A stretch of DNA of 64,000 nucleotides from NCBI RefSeq assembly GCF_009834535.1, contig NC_045697.1, forward strand, positions 51,276,001 to 51,340,000, read 5' to 3'. Within the stretch, counting starts at the first letter, position 1; every line of letters starts with the position of its first letter. The translations under genes were made by a program, and so were the position numbers. Below are positions 36,901 to 50,250 of this stretch, piece after piece. The DNA comes from Camelus ferus (taxonomy: Eukaryota). The notes beneath the pieces were generated by a model. The model did not search any database. It was not told the DNA's origin and saw only the letters and a program-made list of their open reading frames with translations.

Positions 36901-39900
36901 AGATAATTTTTGGTGAAGCCAGCTTTCAAATAAAACAAAACAAAACAAAACAAAAAACCCTCTGAGTCTAGAATCTAGAAAATGGGTCTGTCTAGGTAGC
37001 AAAGGATCATGGGTCTTTAATCTTTGCATCTTTTTGGCATATTTCCTTGGCCATACTGCATATTTACCATAAATCTTAATTTAAGGAAGAACAAAATAAA
37101 TTAATTTTTTAAAGCTTTAGTGTATAAATCTTTTTTCAAATGCTAATGATTTATGAAAAATGATCTTTTGAGCATATTAGGGAACTCATATTTCAAATAA
37201 GAATTAGCTGGACTCAAATGTATAATTTCTGAACCTCAAAGAATGCTGAAGATAAGAGTTTACATTCTTTATAAGGTTCATTGAATCGTATGTTTTATAA
37301 TTAGAAATTACCCTTGGTGTGTGTGTCACAGGCTCCCCACCTCTCTTGTAGTGGTCTTACTGAATCAAGTTTGTCTGGGTATTTTCAAAATTTTTAAGAC
37401 TAATACCATACACTGCTGTTTCCAAAATTTAGGAAACATCAATAAATGATAGTTTGAAGGAATTATTTGGGACTGTTTTACTGTCCATTTTGTTAACATA
37501 GGTATAATCTGTTTTTATTTTGCTTGAGTGGTATAATGACACTATACATGGGTACTCTAGATACAGAAATTAGGAATCATGTAGAGATTTTTAAGAACCA
37601 CTGGTTTTATGAGACAATAAATCTGGTTGAAGGTCAGAGTTGAATACCACTGAATTAATTAAATATTTTCTGTATTTCACTGTGTGAAATTTTTACTAGC
37701 TCTACTAGTTACTAAAAGTGAGAATCAGTTGTTCTGTTCATGGGTTCTAAAACCTTGTGTTTCTGGCATGAACTGAACTTGTGTTCCAGTTCTGAACTGC
37801 TTGTCATTTTATTCTCAAATTTATTATAAAGGCTTTCCTTGAACTTGGAGTAACTTCTTCTTGTACATCTCAAAAATGAAAAAAATAACCTATGTAATTT
37901 TTCCTTTTTTCCTGTTTTTAATAAATAACATACATCCATTATATTTTAAAGATAGATAGATATTAAATTTAACTTACTTATCAAGACTGACATTGTAAAG
38001 TATGTAAAATTATGTTTTACCTTTAATGGTATAAATATTATTTGGATATTACTCTCTTTTCCTGCTTTTGCAACACAGAGAACACTTTCATCACCATGAT
38101 TTAACAAGAGAATTTAAGGAGACCAGGAAGAATGAATTAATAGTGATATATAATACACTGCCATTGAAGTATTCTCCTTTAAAATACTTGCAGAAATTCT
38201 GCTTGTTTATATGAAGTGTTTTAGAGATTTTATTTACTGTTTTACTGATTATTCTCATTTGTTGAATGCCCTGAAGTACTGTCCTTTTTAATCTTATATA
38301 TGAACCCTGACATGGTTAGAGAAAGAGATGTTTGAGATTATAGAGATCTAAAAAAGGGTCTTCAGCCCTTTAAGTCCTAATAGTTTTCTAAGTAATTTAA
38401 TTACGTTAAATGTGATTAATGGATATATTTCCTTTTTATAGACAGTTCAGGTATGTTTTTTTCACTTACATTCCAGTTCATTAAAAGTTGCCTTTTTCTT
38501 TAATATTTCATCTGTCTTATAATACTTTCTTGGTTTTGTACTCTTGTAAAATTGAATAGTCATGCTGATAACCTATAGAATATTTTTGCATTGAATATAA
38601 TTTTATCATTTTTCATGAGCCTGAATCATTGTAACAACATGTTATGATATAGAATGGTATGTTTTGTGATATTGTGAGCTAAATGGAAATTTTCTTTTTA
38701 CTGTACACCTGGAAAGCTCTGGGCATCTTTCTCCTTTCCAGGTTCCTCATAGATATATGACCAAGAATGAGACTTGGTAACCAGTATAATATAACTTGAC
38801 TTCAGTGTTATTTTGCCTTCTAGGAAGTCATCACCTACATTGTTATCATTATTTCCTTGATTAGAAATTTTTTTCTGTACCTTTTTGGTCATTGTTAATT
38901 TTAACCCAGACTACTACTTCAGTTCATTTGTTTCTTGATGTATTACAAATTAGGATAATATTTCTTACCATTTTGGGAATGTGTAGGTGTGTATTTGGGT
39001 AGGGGTAGAAGCCTCACTTTAGAATCTTTAAATTCTTTTATTACTGTCTTAAAAAGATTGTCATAAAATTAGTTGCTTAAATTACTCCTTAATGCAGAAA
39101 TATAGTGGTTATCTATTCTTAAGTCCCCCAAGGAATTTGATTAATGCCCCCCCTTCTCAGCTTTAAATATTTTTTTCCTTCAACTCTCATACTACAGTGT
39201 TTACATTTCTCTCAAAGTCTAAACCTAAATTTGCCCTGTACAGTAACCAGTAAACTCCTAGTGAGCAGGAACTGTGTTTACTTTGTCAACCCTGGAGTAC
39301 CTAGCAGAGTACTTTGAATATAAAAGGTGTTTAATAAATGTCAATTAAATTGATGTTTTATAATGTGGAAAAAACCCAAATTATACGAATCCACTAAAAT
39401 TTTCCATGCTTACCTTTTTACTTGTCTATTCATTCTCTATTAAGATTGGCACTGATTTCCTAAAGTGCTCTTTAACCCCCAGAAGATTTTTAGAAATCTC
39501 ACAAACTTCATCATAAAGTTTATACTGTTCTATTGATTGTCTGTACACTAACATAGAGAGCACATAATATAGATACACTTAACATTATATTCCTCTCAGT
39601 CAGCTGTGTCTTAGGGCTGCTCTGTGATGTAATAGAGAAAGCAGCATTCTGTTATCCAACATCCTCTTTTTTTTTTTACACCAGTCTTTACCAGTTATTA
39701 GTGTGTATGACCGTTGGAAGATTATTTCTCTGACCTTTGTTTCCTTTTCTCTGAAATCAGATATAGTAATTCCTTCCTTATAAACCTGAAATAAAGATCA
39801 GATACTATAAAACAATCAGAGCTGTCACTCATTTAAGTATTCATGTCCTTCTCCATTGTTGTAGTTGGTGCATCTCTCCCTTGTGGCCATTCCTGATCTC

Positions 39901-40404
39901 TGCAGTCAGTGGCTCAGCTCTCTGCCAGCCTCTTCTGCAGAGCAGCTTTTGCGGTCTCCCTCTTCATCACTGACTAGTAGGCTTTTTCTTATTTCTTGAC
40001 TCTATTGATTTTTGCCTTTTGTCTCATTATTTGGGTTTTCATAATAGAGCTTAGTTTTTACAGTTATTGAACTTCTGGAAGAATATGCTTTTCTTTTTAT
40101 ATTACATAAACATAATAAATAAATATTTCATATATATAGTCCTTTGCTTTATTAGTGATAGTCTTTGAATCTGTGACCCTTACAGCTAATTGTCATTCAT
40201 TCAACTTAACTATTATTTATTGTTTCCTAGGCAAAACATTACTAATAGGTAGAGAATGCAAACATAAATAAGACATGTTCATTACCTTCCAGGAATTTAT
40301 AGTCCTTTGAGAATGATAGACACATAAGTAATAATAGCATAATGAAGATTGGTGATAAATGCTATAATAGAGGTGCATATGTAAAAGCGGAAAGATGGTT
40401 TAGA

Positions 40405-41030
40405 ACAGGATTGTACAATAGAAAAATAATGCAGGGCTTGTAATTTTACATTTTCTGGTAGCCACATTTAAAAAAGCAAAAAGAAATAGGAGGAATTAAT
40501 TTTAAGAATATATTTTATTTAACATAATATATCCATAATATTGTTTAAACATATAATCAATACCAAAAAGTTACTGAGGTATTTTATATTTTTATTTTAC
40601 ACTAAACGTCTTCAAAATTTGGTGTATATGTTAACACTAAGCCTAGAATGGTCCAATCATCCTGGTTTTCCTGGGACTTTCCTGATTTTAGTACCAAAAG
40701 TCCCTCATCCCAGAAACTCCCTCCATCCTGTGCAAATTCAGATGGTTTGCTACCCTATTTAAAATGAATCTCAACTTGGACTTCATTGGAAATACTTGAT
40801 TTGCGTTTAGATTGGTTAAATACGGCTGGAAAAGTAGATTCATTACTCAAGTTGCTCCAAACATACAAAAAAAGGTTTTTAATAATCAAATTGAATTAAC
40901 AGTTTTTAAATTTAAATTAATTAAAATTAAATAAAATATTGAAATTTAGTTCTTCAGTCACACTAGCAATATCTTAAGTACTAATAGCCACATGTTGCTA
41001 GTAGTTTTTTTTTTTTTTGAACAATATAAG
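40405..41030. mobile_element. MER33/Charlie5-like hAT element interrupted by MER81, approximate
   Basis: ttttctggtagccacatttaaaaaagcaaaaagaaa at left; tttagttcttcagtcacactagc...aatagccacatgttgctagtag at right. Confidence 0.65.
40644..40757 (-). mobile_element. MER81 (hAT-Blackjack MITE), 114 bp, nested
   Basis: tagaatggtccaatcatcctggttttcctgggactttcctgattttagtacc...tttgctacccta follows the recalled MER81 consensus end to end. Confidence 0.75.
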
Positions 41031-42189
41031 CTTAGAGTACTAAAAGTGTAAGAAATTAGTTCACTAAATAAGTGTTTAAACTATGATAGGGTTTAACCAC
41101 TAGTAAATCCAGTATTGGTCACTATCATTGGCAGAAGTCACAATTGTATATGAACAGTCTCATGTCTCAATTATAAGTCTTTGTCTTTCAAAATACTCTG
41201 TATATTATGTTTTTTTGTTGTTGCTGCTGTTCCTTTAAATTTTTAGTAGCTTTGTTCCTCAAATACAGTTAAGTTACTTGGAAACAATTTTTTCATTTTA
41301 ACACTTGCTTTTCAGCTTTGTTGGATGGGTCCAGAATAGCAAATTTGGCCCCACTGCTGAGGATTTTACTTGATATTCTGTGTGTTTTAAGGGTCTTTCA
41401 ACTCTGGTTCTGGGAACCAAACTATTCCCAGCCCTGTATAAGCTTTAGGTGTTGTTCAGCCTGATTCTTTCTGGTGGTCTTTCCTTGGCCTCCAGTAATT
41501 TTTCTCATGCATGTATGCTGATCAGAGCTCAGCTGAAGCTTCAAGGGGAACCCTCTGCAGATCCCTGGAGTACTCTCTGTGTATAGCACCTTCCTCTCCA
41601 ATAGTTTGCCCAGTAAATGCTAGCCATCTTCACCTCTCCAAATTCAGTCTTTTCAACTCAGGGAGACTGCCAGACTCTGTTTGGGTACCCTTGCCCTGCA
41701 CTTTAGCCTGGAAACTCTCTAGGCAATCGAATGAGTTAATCATTTCTCTCCTCCAAGATCGTTGTCATATGCTGCCTAACCACCATCATTTCAAATAGTT
41801 TGTCTTTTTTTTGTCATTTGGGTTAGGAAAATAAACCTTGTCTATGCTACTCCATTTGCAGGTGGAAGGAAAAGTGAGTCCACAGTAGTATTTCTTAAAC
41901 ATGTAGTTGAAAACAGCATATGGTTGAAAATCACACTTTTTCTTCTTGCATGCTTTAAGAATCACCATAAAGTTCAAATATTATTTGTAGTCTTTAAAAA
42001 ATCATAAGTTGACCACTAATGAGAAAAAATGACTCACTATCCAAATGTTTGATATAGTAGTGATAGATATATATATCTCTGTGTATATTTGGTATATGTA
42101 CATGTTATGTAATTGGTGTTAACATTCTAAAATTATCTAATAAGTTAATCAACAGGTTTTGTTTGTTTGTTTGCTTGTTTTTTAAACAG

Positions 42190-42301
42190 ACTGAGAGTAA
42201 TCATGACACAGCACTAACACTTGCCTGTGCTGGTGGTCATGAGGAACTGGTACAAACACTGCTAGAGAGAGGAGCTAGTATTGAGCACCGAGACAAGAAA
42301 G
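42190..42301 (+). CDS. ANKRD17: ANKRD17 exon 17 (112 nt): TESNHDTALTLACAGGHEELVQTLLERGASIEHRDKK(G), start of second ankyrin cluster
   Basis: Translated by hand; acceptor aaacag|ACT, donor AAG|gtagag. Confidence 0.94.
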
Positions 42302-42442
42302 GTAGAGCCTACTTTTGTTAATTATTTTTTTCTGGATTATTTGTGTTCTGTGAATTCTGCATGAGCTCTGTTTGGATGATTAGATACAGTGGAAAACAGT
42401 ATTGTTCCTTGCTTAGCTAAGAAGATCATTATTTTACTACAG

Positions 42443-42588
42443 GTTTTACTCCACTCATCTTGGCTGCTACAGCTGGTCATGTTGGTGTTGTGGAAATACT
42501 GCTGGACAATGGTGCAGACATTGAAGCCCAGTCAGAAAGAACCAAGGACACACCGCTATCTTTGGCTTGTTCTGGGGGAAGGCAGGAG
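42443..42588 (+). CDS. ANKRD17: ANKRD17 exon 18 (146 nt): (G)FTPLILAATAGHVG...ACSGGRQE
   Basis: Acceptor ctacag|GT, donor GAG|gtattg. Confidence 0.94.
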
Positions 42589-44229
42589 GTATTGCTGTCC
42601 CAAGTGTATTTTTTTTTCCTCCATCTATTTAACAGATATATGCTTTAATTTATATGATTTTGTGGGAACAGTGAACAGACATTAAGATTTATCACAGTAA
42701 CTTAGATTATTATCTTTTAGCAAAAGGACAAGAATTAGTGTTAGCATAAGCTATCTTGCCAGAAAAATCATATGTTGTTCATTATCCTGCTCATCTAAAA
42801 GTACTAACCGCCATAGGAATCTCGGTATTGCATTCAGGCTAAAAGAATAATTAAGATGTTCCAAATCAAATCAGTAAGCTCCTGATAAGCAGGGCCTGTA
42901 TTCACTCACCATTTCCTGTTCCAGTGTACCTATCATGAAAGGTACTTAAGCTCAGCCTCTGTTGCTCTGTATGTATAAGACTTAGGAAGTTAAGACTAAT
43001 CCAATTTTAGTTGTTCTGAGGACTCGTCTTTTACTTTCTCCTCACCCCTTCTCAACTCTGGAGGAAAGGTTCTCAGGTAGTATTATGTGACCTTTTAGTT
43101 TTTTAAGATAGCTGGTGTGCTTAGTTGTAGGCTCAAGAAGTCATAGCTTTACTCCCTTGTGTGTCGTCTTCTGACATTTAATAGTTGGATAACCTCATTT
43201 TTAAGTCTGTTTTTTAAATCCAATCCTCTTCACCAGTCGTACTGTCTCTATGGATTGACAGCGTCTTAATTAGGGAATTAGTGAATCTTATGTTTAGGAA
43301 GCACTGTAGGTCATCCAGGTCAGTTTCCTAGTTGGCTTCAAAATCGTTTTCTTTTTTATTTCACCATTCTAAATATTTTTTCCTGTATTCCATAGTGTAG
43401 GTGATTCTGTCAGTCAGAAATATAAATGTTTTGTTTTTGAAATATAATGAAAATAAAGTTTTGACTTAACTGAAATTTTCAATCATCATGTGGTTTGAAA
43501 TAATACTTGTCTCACATCATAACAAATTTTTCAGTGTTGTTAAAAAGTTGATTTCCTTTTGAAGCAATGTTAAAGCCTGTAGTTTACTGTAATCTTTATG
43601 TATTTTTATTAAAATGTAACAGATGAGGTTATAATAATTAGAGAAGTCTTTTAGGGTAATAATTTTGCTGATAACACTCTTACTTTGAATCAGTGTCATT
43701 CGAACAGTTAAGTATTTTGAAGTAATTAATAAAACATTTGAAAGTCATTTTACTATAAAATCACAAACTAATTTCTTTCATGTTGAATGTGTATTACTTT
43801 TGAGGAATAGACCATTCCCTCTCAGAGATAACTAAAGTCAGTTATCTTTGCATAATGGAATTAAGAAAACTTTAGAAATTTGATTAGGGTTTTCTACTTT
43901 ATTGCTTAAGGGACTCTTTGTAAAATAAAACAGTCTAATGCCAATTTGGGGGCTTATTTTTATAATCTTAAAAGCCACATAAGCCATCTAGTCTTACAGG
44001 CTCTATAAGCAAGAGTGATAGATATCATCTAAAATTGGTCAAAGCTTTATTCAGACGAGTAAAGTTTTAGTTGGTACATAAGACACAGCACTGTTCATTA
44101 AAATTTATTTGTTATTTCCCAGTTAGTATTTTGGGGGAGATATATATATATAGAGAGAGAGAGAGAGAACAAGGATAAGTGCTGTGATCTTGAGCAGTCC
44201 TTAATTTCATCATGCCTCATAAGAAATTC

Positions 44230-44820
44230 TACTAGGTGGAACCCATGAACAATGGAAGTATATTTCCACAAGAAATGTTGATAACAATTTTATTCAAAAT
44301 TACCCAAAACTAGAAACAGCAGAAGTGTTCATCAGTAGATGAACTAGCATGTTGATATAATGGAATGCTACACAATACACACAAGTGACTCTCAAAAGCT
44401 ATGTGATTCATTTATACGAAGATTTAACGTAAATGAAACTACTAATCTGTGGGTAGGATTGACTAGTAAGGAACATGAGTAACAGATTTAAATTACATTA
44501 GGTTTATACATTTGTTAGTACTCAGTGAATATACAGTAAACTTTTGAGCATTTATTGAAAGTTACAAATGTCACCTAAAAAAACCTGAAAACAAGTAGTA
44601 TAGTTAATGGTACACATGCTGATGTATTTAAAGGAAATTGCAGGTGTCTACAGTTTACTTAGAAATGAAATGCATCAAAAAATGATGGACAGATGAATAA
44701 ATGTGGTTAAGTAATTAAATACAGTAGACTATTAATGGTGGAATCTAGGTAATGAGTATATGTAAATGTTTTCAGCTTTTCTATATGCTTGAAAATTTTC
44801 ATAGTAAAATGTTAGAGAAA
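44230..44820 (+). mobile_element. Old L1M 3' fragment, approximate
   Basis: cccaaaactagaaaca...gtgttcatcagtagatgaa...taatggaatgctac...gtggaatctaggt...gaaaattttcatagtaaaatgtt. Confidence 0.6.
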
Positions 44821-45249
44821 AAAGTGTTAGCTTTATTCCAAAAATTTTTTTTCTAACGTTCAGTTATTGATTTTAAGTTAAAAAAATTTTATGGGCATTT
44901 ACATATATAAATGAAAGTCTTATTCTACTTTACCACTATGTGGTGGAGTAATACAGAAATACTAATTTCCAAAATAGCATTGCGTAGGGTTACATGAGGT
45001 CCATATCTTTCACTGAACAGACTGTGCCATTTCAGCAGATTTCATAATGGATTTTATTTAAGAGGCTATCCCCTTGTTGGCTTCTAAGACCTTTTGCTTT
45101 CATTCGAGACTGATTTTGTACACAGGATGAAAGGACCTTCCCCTCTATATATAATATACCAGAAAAAAAAAAAAAGAAATCAGAAATATACACCTTGCAG
45201 ATTATCTCACTGTAAGAAGAAAACATATTTTTTCCTTTTTTCTTTCCAG

Positions 45250-45392
45250 GTGGTGGAGCTATTATTAGCTCGAGGGGCAAATAAAGAGCACAGGAATGTT
45301 TCTGATTACACACCTCTAAGCCTGGCTGCTTCTGGTGGCTATGTGAACATTATCAAAATATTACTAAATGCAGGAGCTGAGATTAATTCTAG
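45250..45392 (+). CDS. ANKRD17: ANKRD17 exon 19 (143 nt): VVELLLARGANKEHRNVSDY...AGAEINS(R)
   Basis: Acceptor ttccag|GTG; non-canonical donor TAG|gcaagt is required to stay in frame with exon 20. Confidence 0.93.
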
Positions 45393-45935
45393 GCAAGTTT
45401 TATTCTCTCTTTCCAAGTCCCTTAAGAGTGTTATGTTAAAATAGCTGTAGAACACTTATTTATTTTTTAATGCCATATTTAGGAAATGCCTGTGTTACAA
45501 ATTTAGAATTCAAATTTAAGTATTTAAAACTGTTGAAATAGAACTTGAAAAAATTACCAATTACTCTATTTCTTAAGGTACTAAAAGTAAACACATCTGA
45601 TTTACTAGTTTTTATTAAGCAAGGAGGTATGTACTTTGGGACTTTAGGATAGATAGTCCATCTTAATAATACCTTAATAATTTATCACTTTTCAGCCCAA
45701 GTCATTATGTTGAATGAGATACAGAAAGTATTTTAGTTCTGAGTGGTAAAAGATTTCTAATGGAGTCTTGATAGTATCTCAAAGACTTAGTAGGGCTGAG
45801 AAAAATGATTTATTTTAAATAATTCTGCAAAATAACCTTAAATCCTGAAATAAAATTCCACGTTATCATCCAATTTTTCTGGGACATTTGAAAATGTGTA
45901 TTTTCCTTTTGTTCTCCCCATACTTCCACCCCCAG

Positions 45936-46149
45936 AACTGGTAGCAAATTGGGCATTTCTCCTCTGATGTTAGCAGCTATGAATGGGCACACAGCTGCCG
46001 TTAAGCTCCTGTTAGACATGGGCTCTGACATAAATGCTCAAATAGAAACCAATCGGAACACTGCCCTTACCTTAGCCTGCTTCCAAGGAAGAACTGAAGT
46101 GGTTAGTCTTCTGCTTGATAGAAAAGCAAATGTGGAGCACAGAGCTAAG
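45936..46149 (+). CDS. ANKRD17: ANKRD17 exon 20 (214 nt): (R)TGSKLGISPLMLAAMNGH...VEHRAK
   Basis: Acceptor ccccag|A, donor AAG|gtaaga. Confidence 0.95.
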
Positions 46150-46644
46150 GTAAGAAAAAGTCTTGAGGTTTACACATGGATTTATTGCTTTGATATTTAA
46201 GGTGTAGCAATATGCTAATTATAATTCTGATACTTTGTAGTAACACTTACCTCTTACATAAGGCATTTTATCAGAAGTCATTCTTTATAACTCAGCTAAG
46301 CATCCATTCTTGAAAATACCTCAGCAAAAAATTTTTATAGGTAATAATGACATTAGAGTTACCAGCTGAAACTGTGCTGTTATGAAAGAGAAGACAGGAA
46401 ACATTATGAAGTGCCAGTTACATGCCAAGTACTTGCATGCCAAATTTTTTTCCCAACAAATTGACATTAAGTAGAATCATCTGCTTTCAATAGATCTCAT
46501 TGTGGCTGAGAGAGGCTAGTAGTGTCAGTGCTGAAATTTAGTTGTGAATTTTTCGAATAGCTATACCATATTGCTCCCCCAGATTATTGTTAATATTTTA
46601 GTACTTTACATCTCTTACATGTTTTTATTTTTCACTAAACCTAG

Positions 46645-46820
46645 ACTGGCCTCACACCACTAATGGAAGCTGCCTCTGGTGGGTATGCAGAGGTGGGCCG
46701 AGTCCTTTTGGATAAAGGTGCTGATGTTAATGCCCCTCCAGTGCCCTCCTCGAGAGATACAGCTTTAACCATAGCAGCAGATAAAGGGCATTATAAATTC
46801 TGTGAGCTTCTCATTGGCAG
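46645..46820 (+). CDS. ANKRD17: ANKRD17 exon 21 (176 nt): TGLTPLMEAASGG...CELLIG(R)
   Basis: Acceptor acctag|ACT, donor CAG|gtatgt. Confidence 0.95.
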
Positions 46821-47903
46821 GTATGTCACCATACTCTTCATATATAAACATGGTGTTTACTAGTGATTACTATTCTCTTTGTAAATTGTACTATTAACAA
46901 ATCAAATGTGATTGCTTCTTTTATAAACTACAGTGTATTTTAATGTTTTAAACTTAACTCTTATTTTCCACCCATCCAGAGCTATGCTGCATTGTTTATT
47001 TCAGTGCAGCCTAGAAATATCCTTTCTTCCTTTTTTGTGTGTGTATACACTTTTAAAGTACTGTAAAGCTATTTGAACATCCAGCTATTGTCATCCATGT
47101 ACACATCTCCCATACAGTTTGAGTTTTGCAAAGATACCACTCTAAGTCTTGAAATTCTGGCCACAATCTAAGGCTTCATTGTTGATTTTCTTGTTCTTTA
47201 TAGTAATTTTTATAGTAATTAGGGATTTTAAGTGATAGCTGTGGAACTGTTCAAGATACAAAATAGAACCCAGTATAGTTTTGTTTCAGTCACTTCGAAG
47301 TTGCCTGTTAGTCTTTGATAATTCTTGTCTGCTGAATTGGATTTCCTATTTTAACAGTCTTAAAGACCTTTAAGTATCCTAAGCAATAGTATTTAGTCGT
47401 AAACTACTGTTGTTCACCATGAGTCTTAACCTACAGTGATGCCCACTGAGTGCTAAACCTTCATGTTATTTGAAGATTCATTCTTTTCTGAAGCCACATG
47501 ATATAAATACATGAATACAAATAATCTGAAAGATTATTGCCTTGTAGGATACTGTTTGTGCTGTAGGATACTGTTTACTATATTGATTGTGATAGCAACA
47601 GAATGTACCTTTATTTTTCACCAAATATAATTTCATACCAAGATGTGAAATTCAGAATTAGGGACAAAGAGTCATTTTTAAAATAAAAGAAAAAAACAAT
47701 TATTGGTATATGGTTAGTTTCAAGTCAGTGACTTAATTTGATGACTAGAAATTCTTTGTAAATAATTTTGAGAAATACATCTTAGTCCTGTATATTTTAG
47801 ACAGTGTTCACCTTTACAGAATATTTTCACAAGTTAATAGTTGATTTTTATTATTACCTGTGTTATTTCATTTTAAACAGCAGTGTTTGTGTCATTCATT
47901 TAG

Positions 47904-48066
47904 GGGAGCTCACATTGATGTACGTAACAAAAAGGGGAACACTCCATTGTGGCTGGCAGCAAATGGTGGACACCTTGATGTGGTTCAGTTACTGGTGCAA
48001 GCAGGTGCAGATGTGGATGCAGCAGACAACCGCAAGATAACTCCTCTTATGGCAGCATTTAGAAAG
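47904..48066 (+). CDS. ANKRD17: ANKRD17 exon 22 (163 nt): (R)GAHIDVRNKKGNTPLWLAANGG...MAAFRK
   Basis: Acceptor atttag|G, donor AAG|gtagaa. Confidence 0.95.
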
Positions 48067-50044
48067 GTAGAAGTCTTTTATCCTCATTCACTTGGATGGT
48101 TTTCACTTAGACTAGAAAGTATGATTTAATTATCACTAAATACTATTATTTTAGGATCTAACAGCAGTGATGAAAGAGTAAAAAGCAAATAATCACTCAG
48201 ATGGCAAGGGTGAAAGGTAGATAGAGGTATCCCAGAAAAGCCATTAGTATCCATAGTAGACATCAAAGCTAAATAAACTTTTAAAAAGTTGTTCTAAGTA
48301 GTATTTTCAAAATCTAGTTACAATCTTAGTATTTTGCAAAATATAAACCCAGCTAAAAGTAATACTTATGAATGTTTCTTTCTTGTATTAGCATAGCTGA
48401 GAAAAATTTAACTTAAATTGATTTTAATTATTGACTTTAATTTCCAGGAAAAAAGGAATTAAATAATGAAAACCCAGCTGCCAGTATTTGAAACCTTCAG
48501 AAGTAGAAATAAATTTTGTGGAAGTGCAACTTTTTATAGTGCATAGCACTGAACTGTATATAAGTAATTTAATGCTTTGGGTGATTTCTTAAGTGCACTT
48601 TTAATTTGTTACCAGGGAACTAGGAAAACCAGATTAGTGTTACAGGGATTATAATTTTGAGTTTTGTCATTCATGTAGGTCAAACCTTACAGATTCCAAA
48701 TTGTTTTGTTATATTGAAAAGTTTTAGTATATAAATTACAAGAAATCATCTCTTCCTTTTTCTCTTATTACTCTGATTCCTGTACTTTATACCACTTCTT
48801 TCCTGGTGTTCTAGACTACCTTCCCACTCTTGTCAGTCAGACTTATTCTTTCTCACTGGCTACCTACGTCGTCTTCAAGCAAACTAGCTTATCATTATCA
48901 AGTTTATCTTTCTAACTATTTCACTTTGTTAGTATCCTCTTCAAGAACCTTTTCCTTTATCCCCAGTCTGTAATCCTTTGAAATCCAATCTTTGTTACTA
49001 AAAGCCCAATCTAGTGCTCCTTGAGCTCATCTCCCGTTAAGTCCCTAATGTGGAATCTTCTTGCTTGGTCTTTTCTTTGTCACTGTCTTTCACATCACCT
49101 TTGTTCTCATCTCAGGAATGCTCATGTCCTTCTTCATTTTTCCAAAATTAACTCATCCTTTGGGTACAGTTTAAATCTTCCCTTCTACAGAAACTTCCCA
49201 TTCCATTTGAGTTCACATTGAGATATCTAATCTGTTAAAAGTTGTGGAAATTCTACAATTCATTATTATCTTTGTCTGTTTTGACAAATATGTATTACTA
49301 TTTTAACATCTGACATGCATATATCTTATCTTTCCAATAGACTTGGATCCTTAAGAAGTGTACTTTCCTTTTATACTCTTGTATTCATTTCATTGTTTAT
49401 TTTCTTAGTACCTACCATATACAACTGTAATGGTTGGGATATTACATTGTACAGATTTCACCTGTTGCACTTTGTACAAAATGTAATCAGGGATCCACAT
49501 CCAGAGTTAGGTAAAACTGTATGAGTTGTCTCATATAAATAGCTTAAATACTGTAGAAGTGTTGGTGAGATATCAAGGAATGATGCAAATGGCATTTAAG
49601 TTATTCATTAAAAGATAGGGATAGTTTAAAAAGATGTAAATAACGAAGAAATAAAGGCAACAAAGGAAATGTACTAAATATATAAACAGCTGTTTATCCA
49701 GCAATTTATAGGTGTTCTTGTCAGTAAGTGGATTGAAGAAAGTAGAGAGCCTCTTGAACACTGGTTTAAAGATTTTGAACTTTACTTAGTGAACTATGGT
49801 ACGGTGAACAATACAATCATTCCTTACACTTTAAGAAAGTGTATTTTATTTCTTTTGCACTACCTAATGCTATGCATTCAGCTTTTATCTGAAAGAAAAA
49901 ATAGTTGTTGTGTCTACTCTGAAATACCCAATTTCAGTCTATTTTGTGGCACTGATATCAGTGGAATCTTAGTGAAGACAGACTAGATTTACTGAATCCT
50001 GTTAGAATCTGTTTTCAATCTGACACTGATATCTATTTTTTTAG

Positions 50045-50140
50045 GGTCATGTGAAGGTGGTGCGCTACTTAGTCAAAGAAGTCAATCAGTTCCCATCAGA
50101 TTCTGAATGTATGAGATACATAGCAACGATCACTGATAAG
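50045..50140 (+). CDS. ANKRD17: ANKRD17 exon 23 (96 nt): GHVKVVRYLVKEVNQFPSDSECMRYIATITDK
   Basis: Translated by hand; acceptor ttttag|GGT, donor AAG|gtaata. Confidence 0.94.
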
Positions 50141-50190
50141 GTAATATATTGATCAAATTCATCCCCACTATGAACTTGGGATCCCATTTG

Positions 50191-50250
50191 GTATGTGTGT
50201 GTGTGTGTGTGTGTGTATGTGTGTGTGTGTGTATGTGTATGTGTATATAT
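50191..50250. repeat. Interrupted (TG)n microsatellite
   Basis: gtatgtgtgt...gtgtatatat, about 50 nt after the exon 23 donor. Confidence 0.95.

Noticed and set aside
47878..47883. Upstream CAGCAG as alternative acceptors for exon 22
   Set aside because: They would add 23 or 20 nt and shift the frame; nothing in the sequence suggests they are used.
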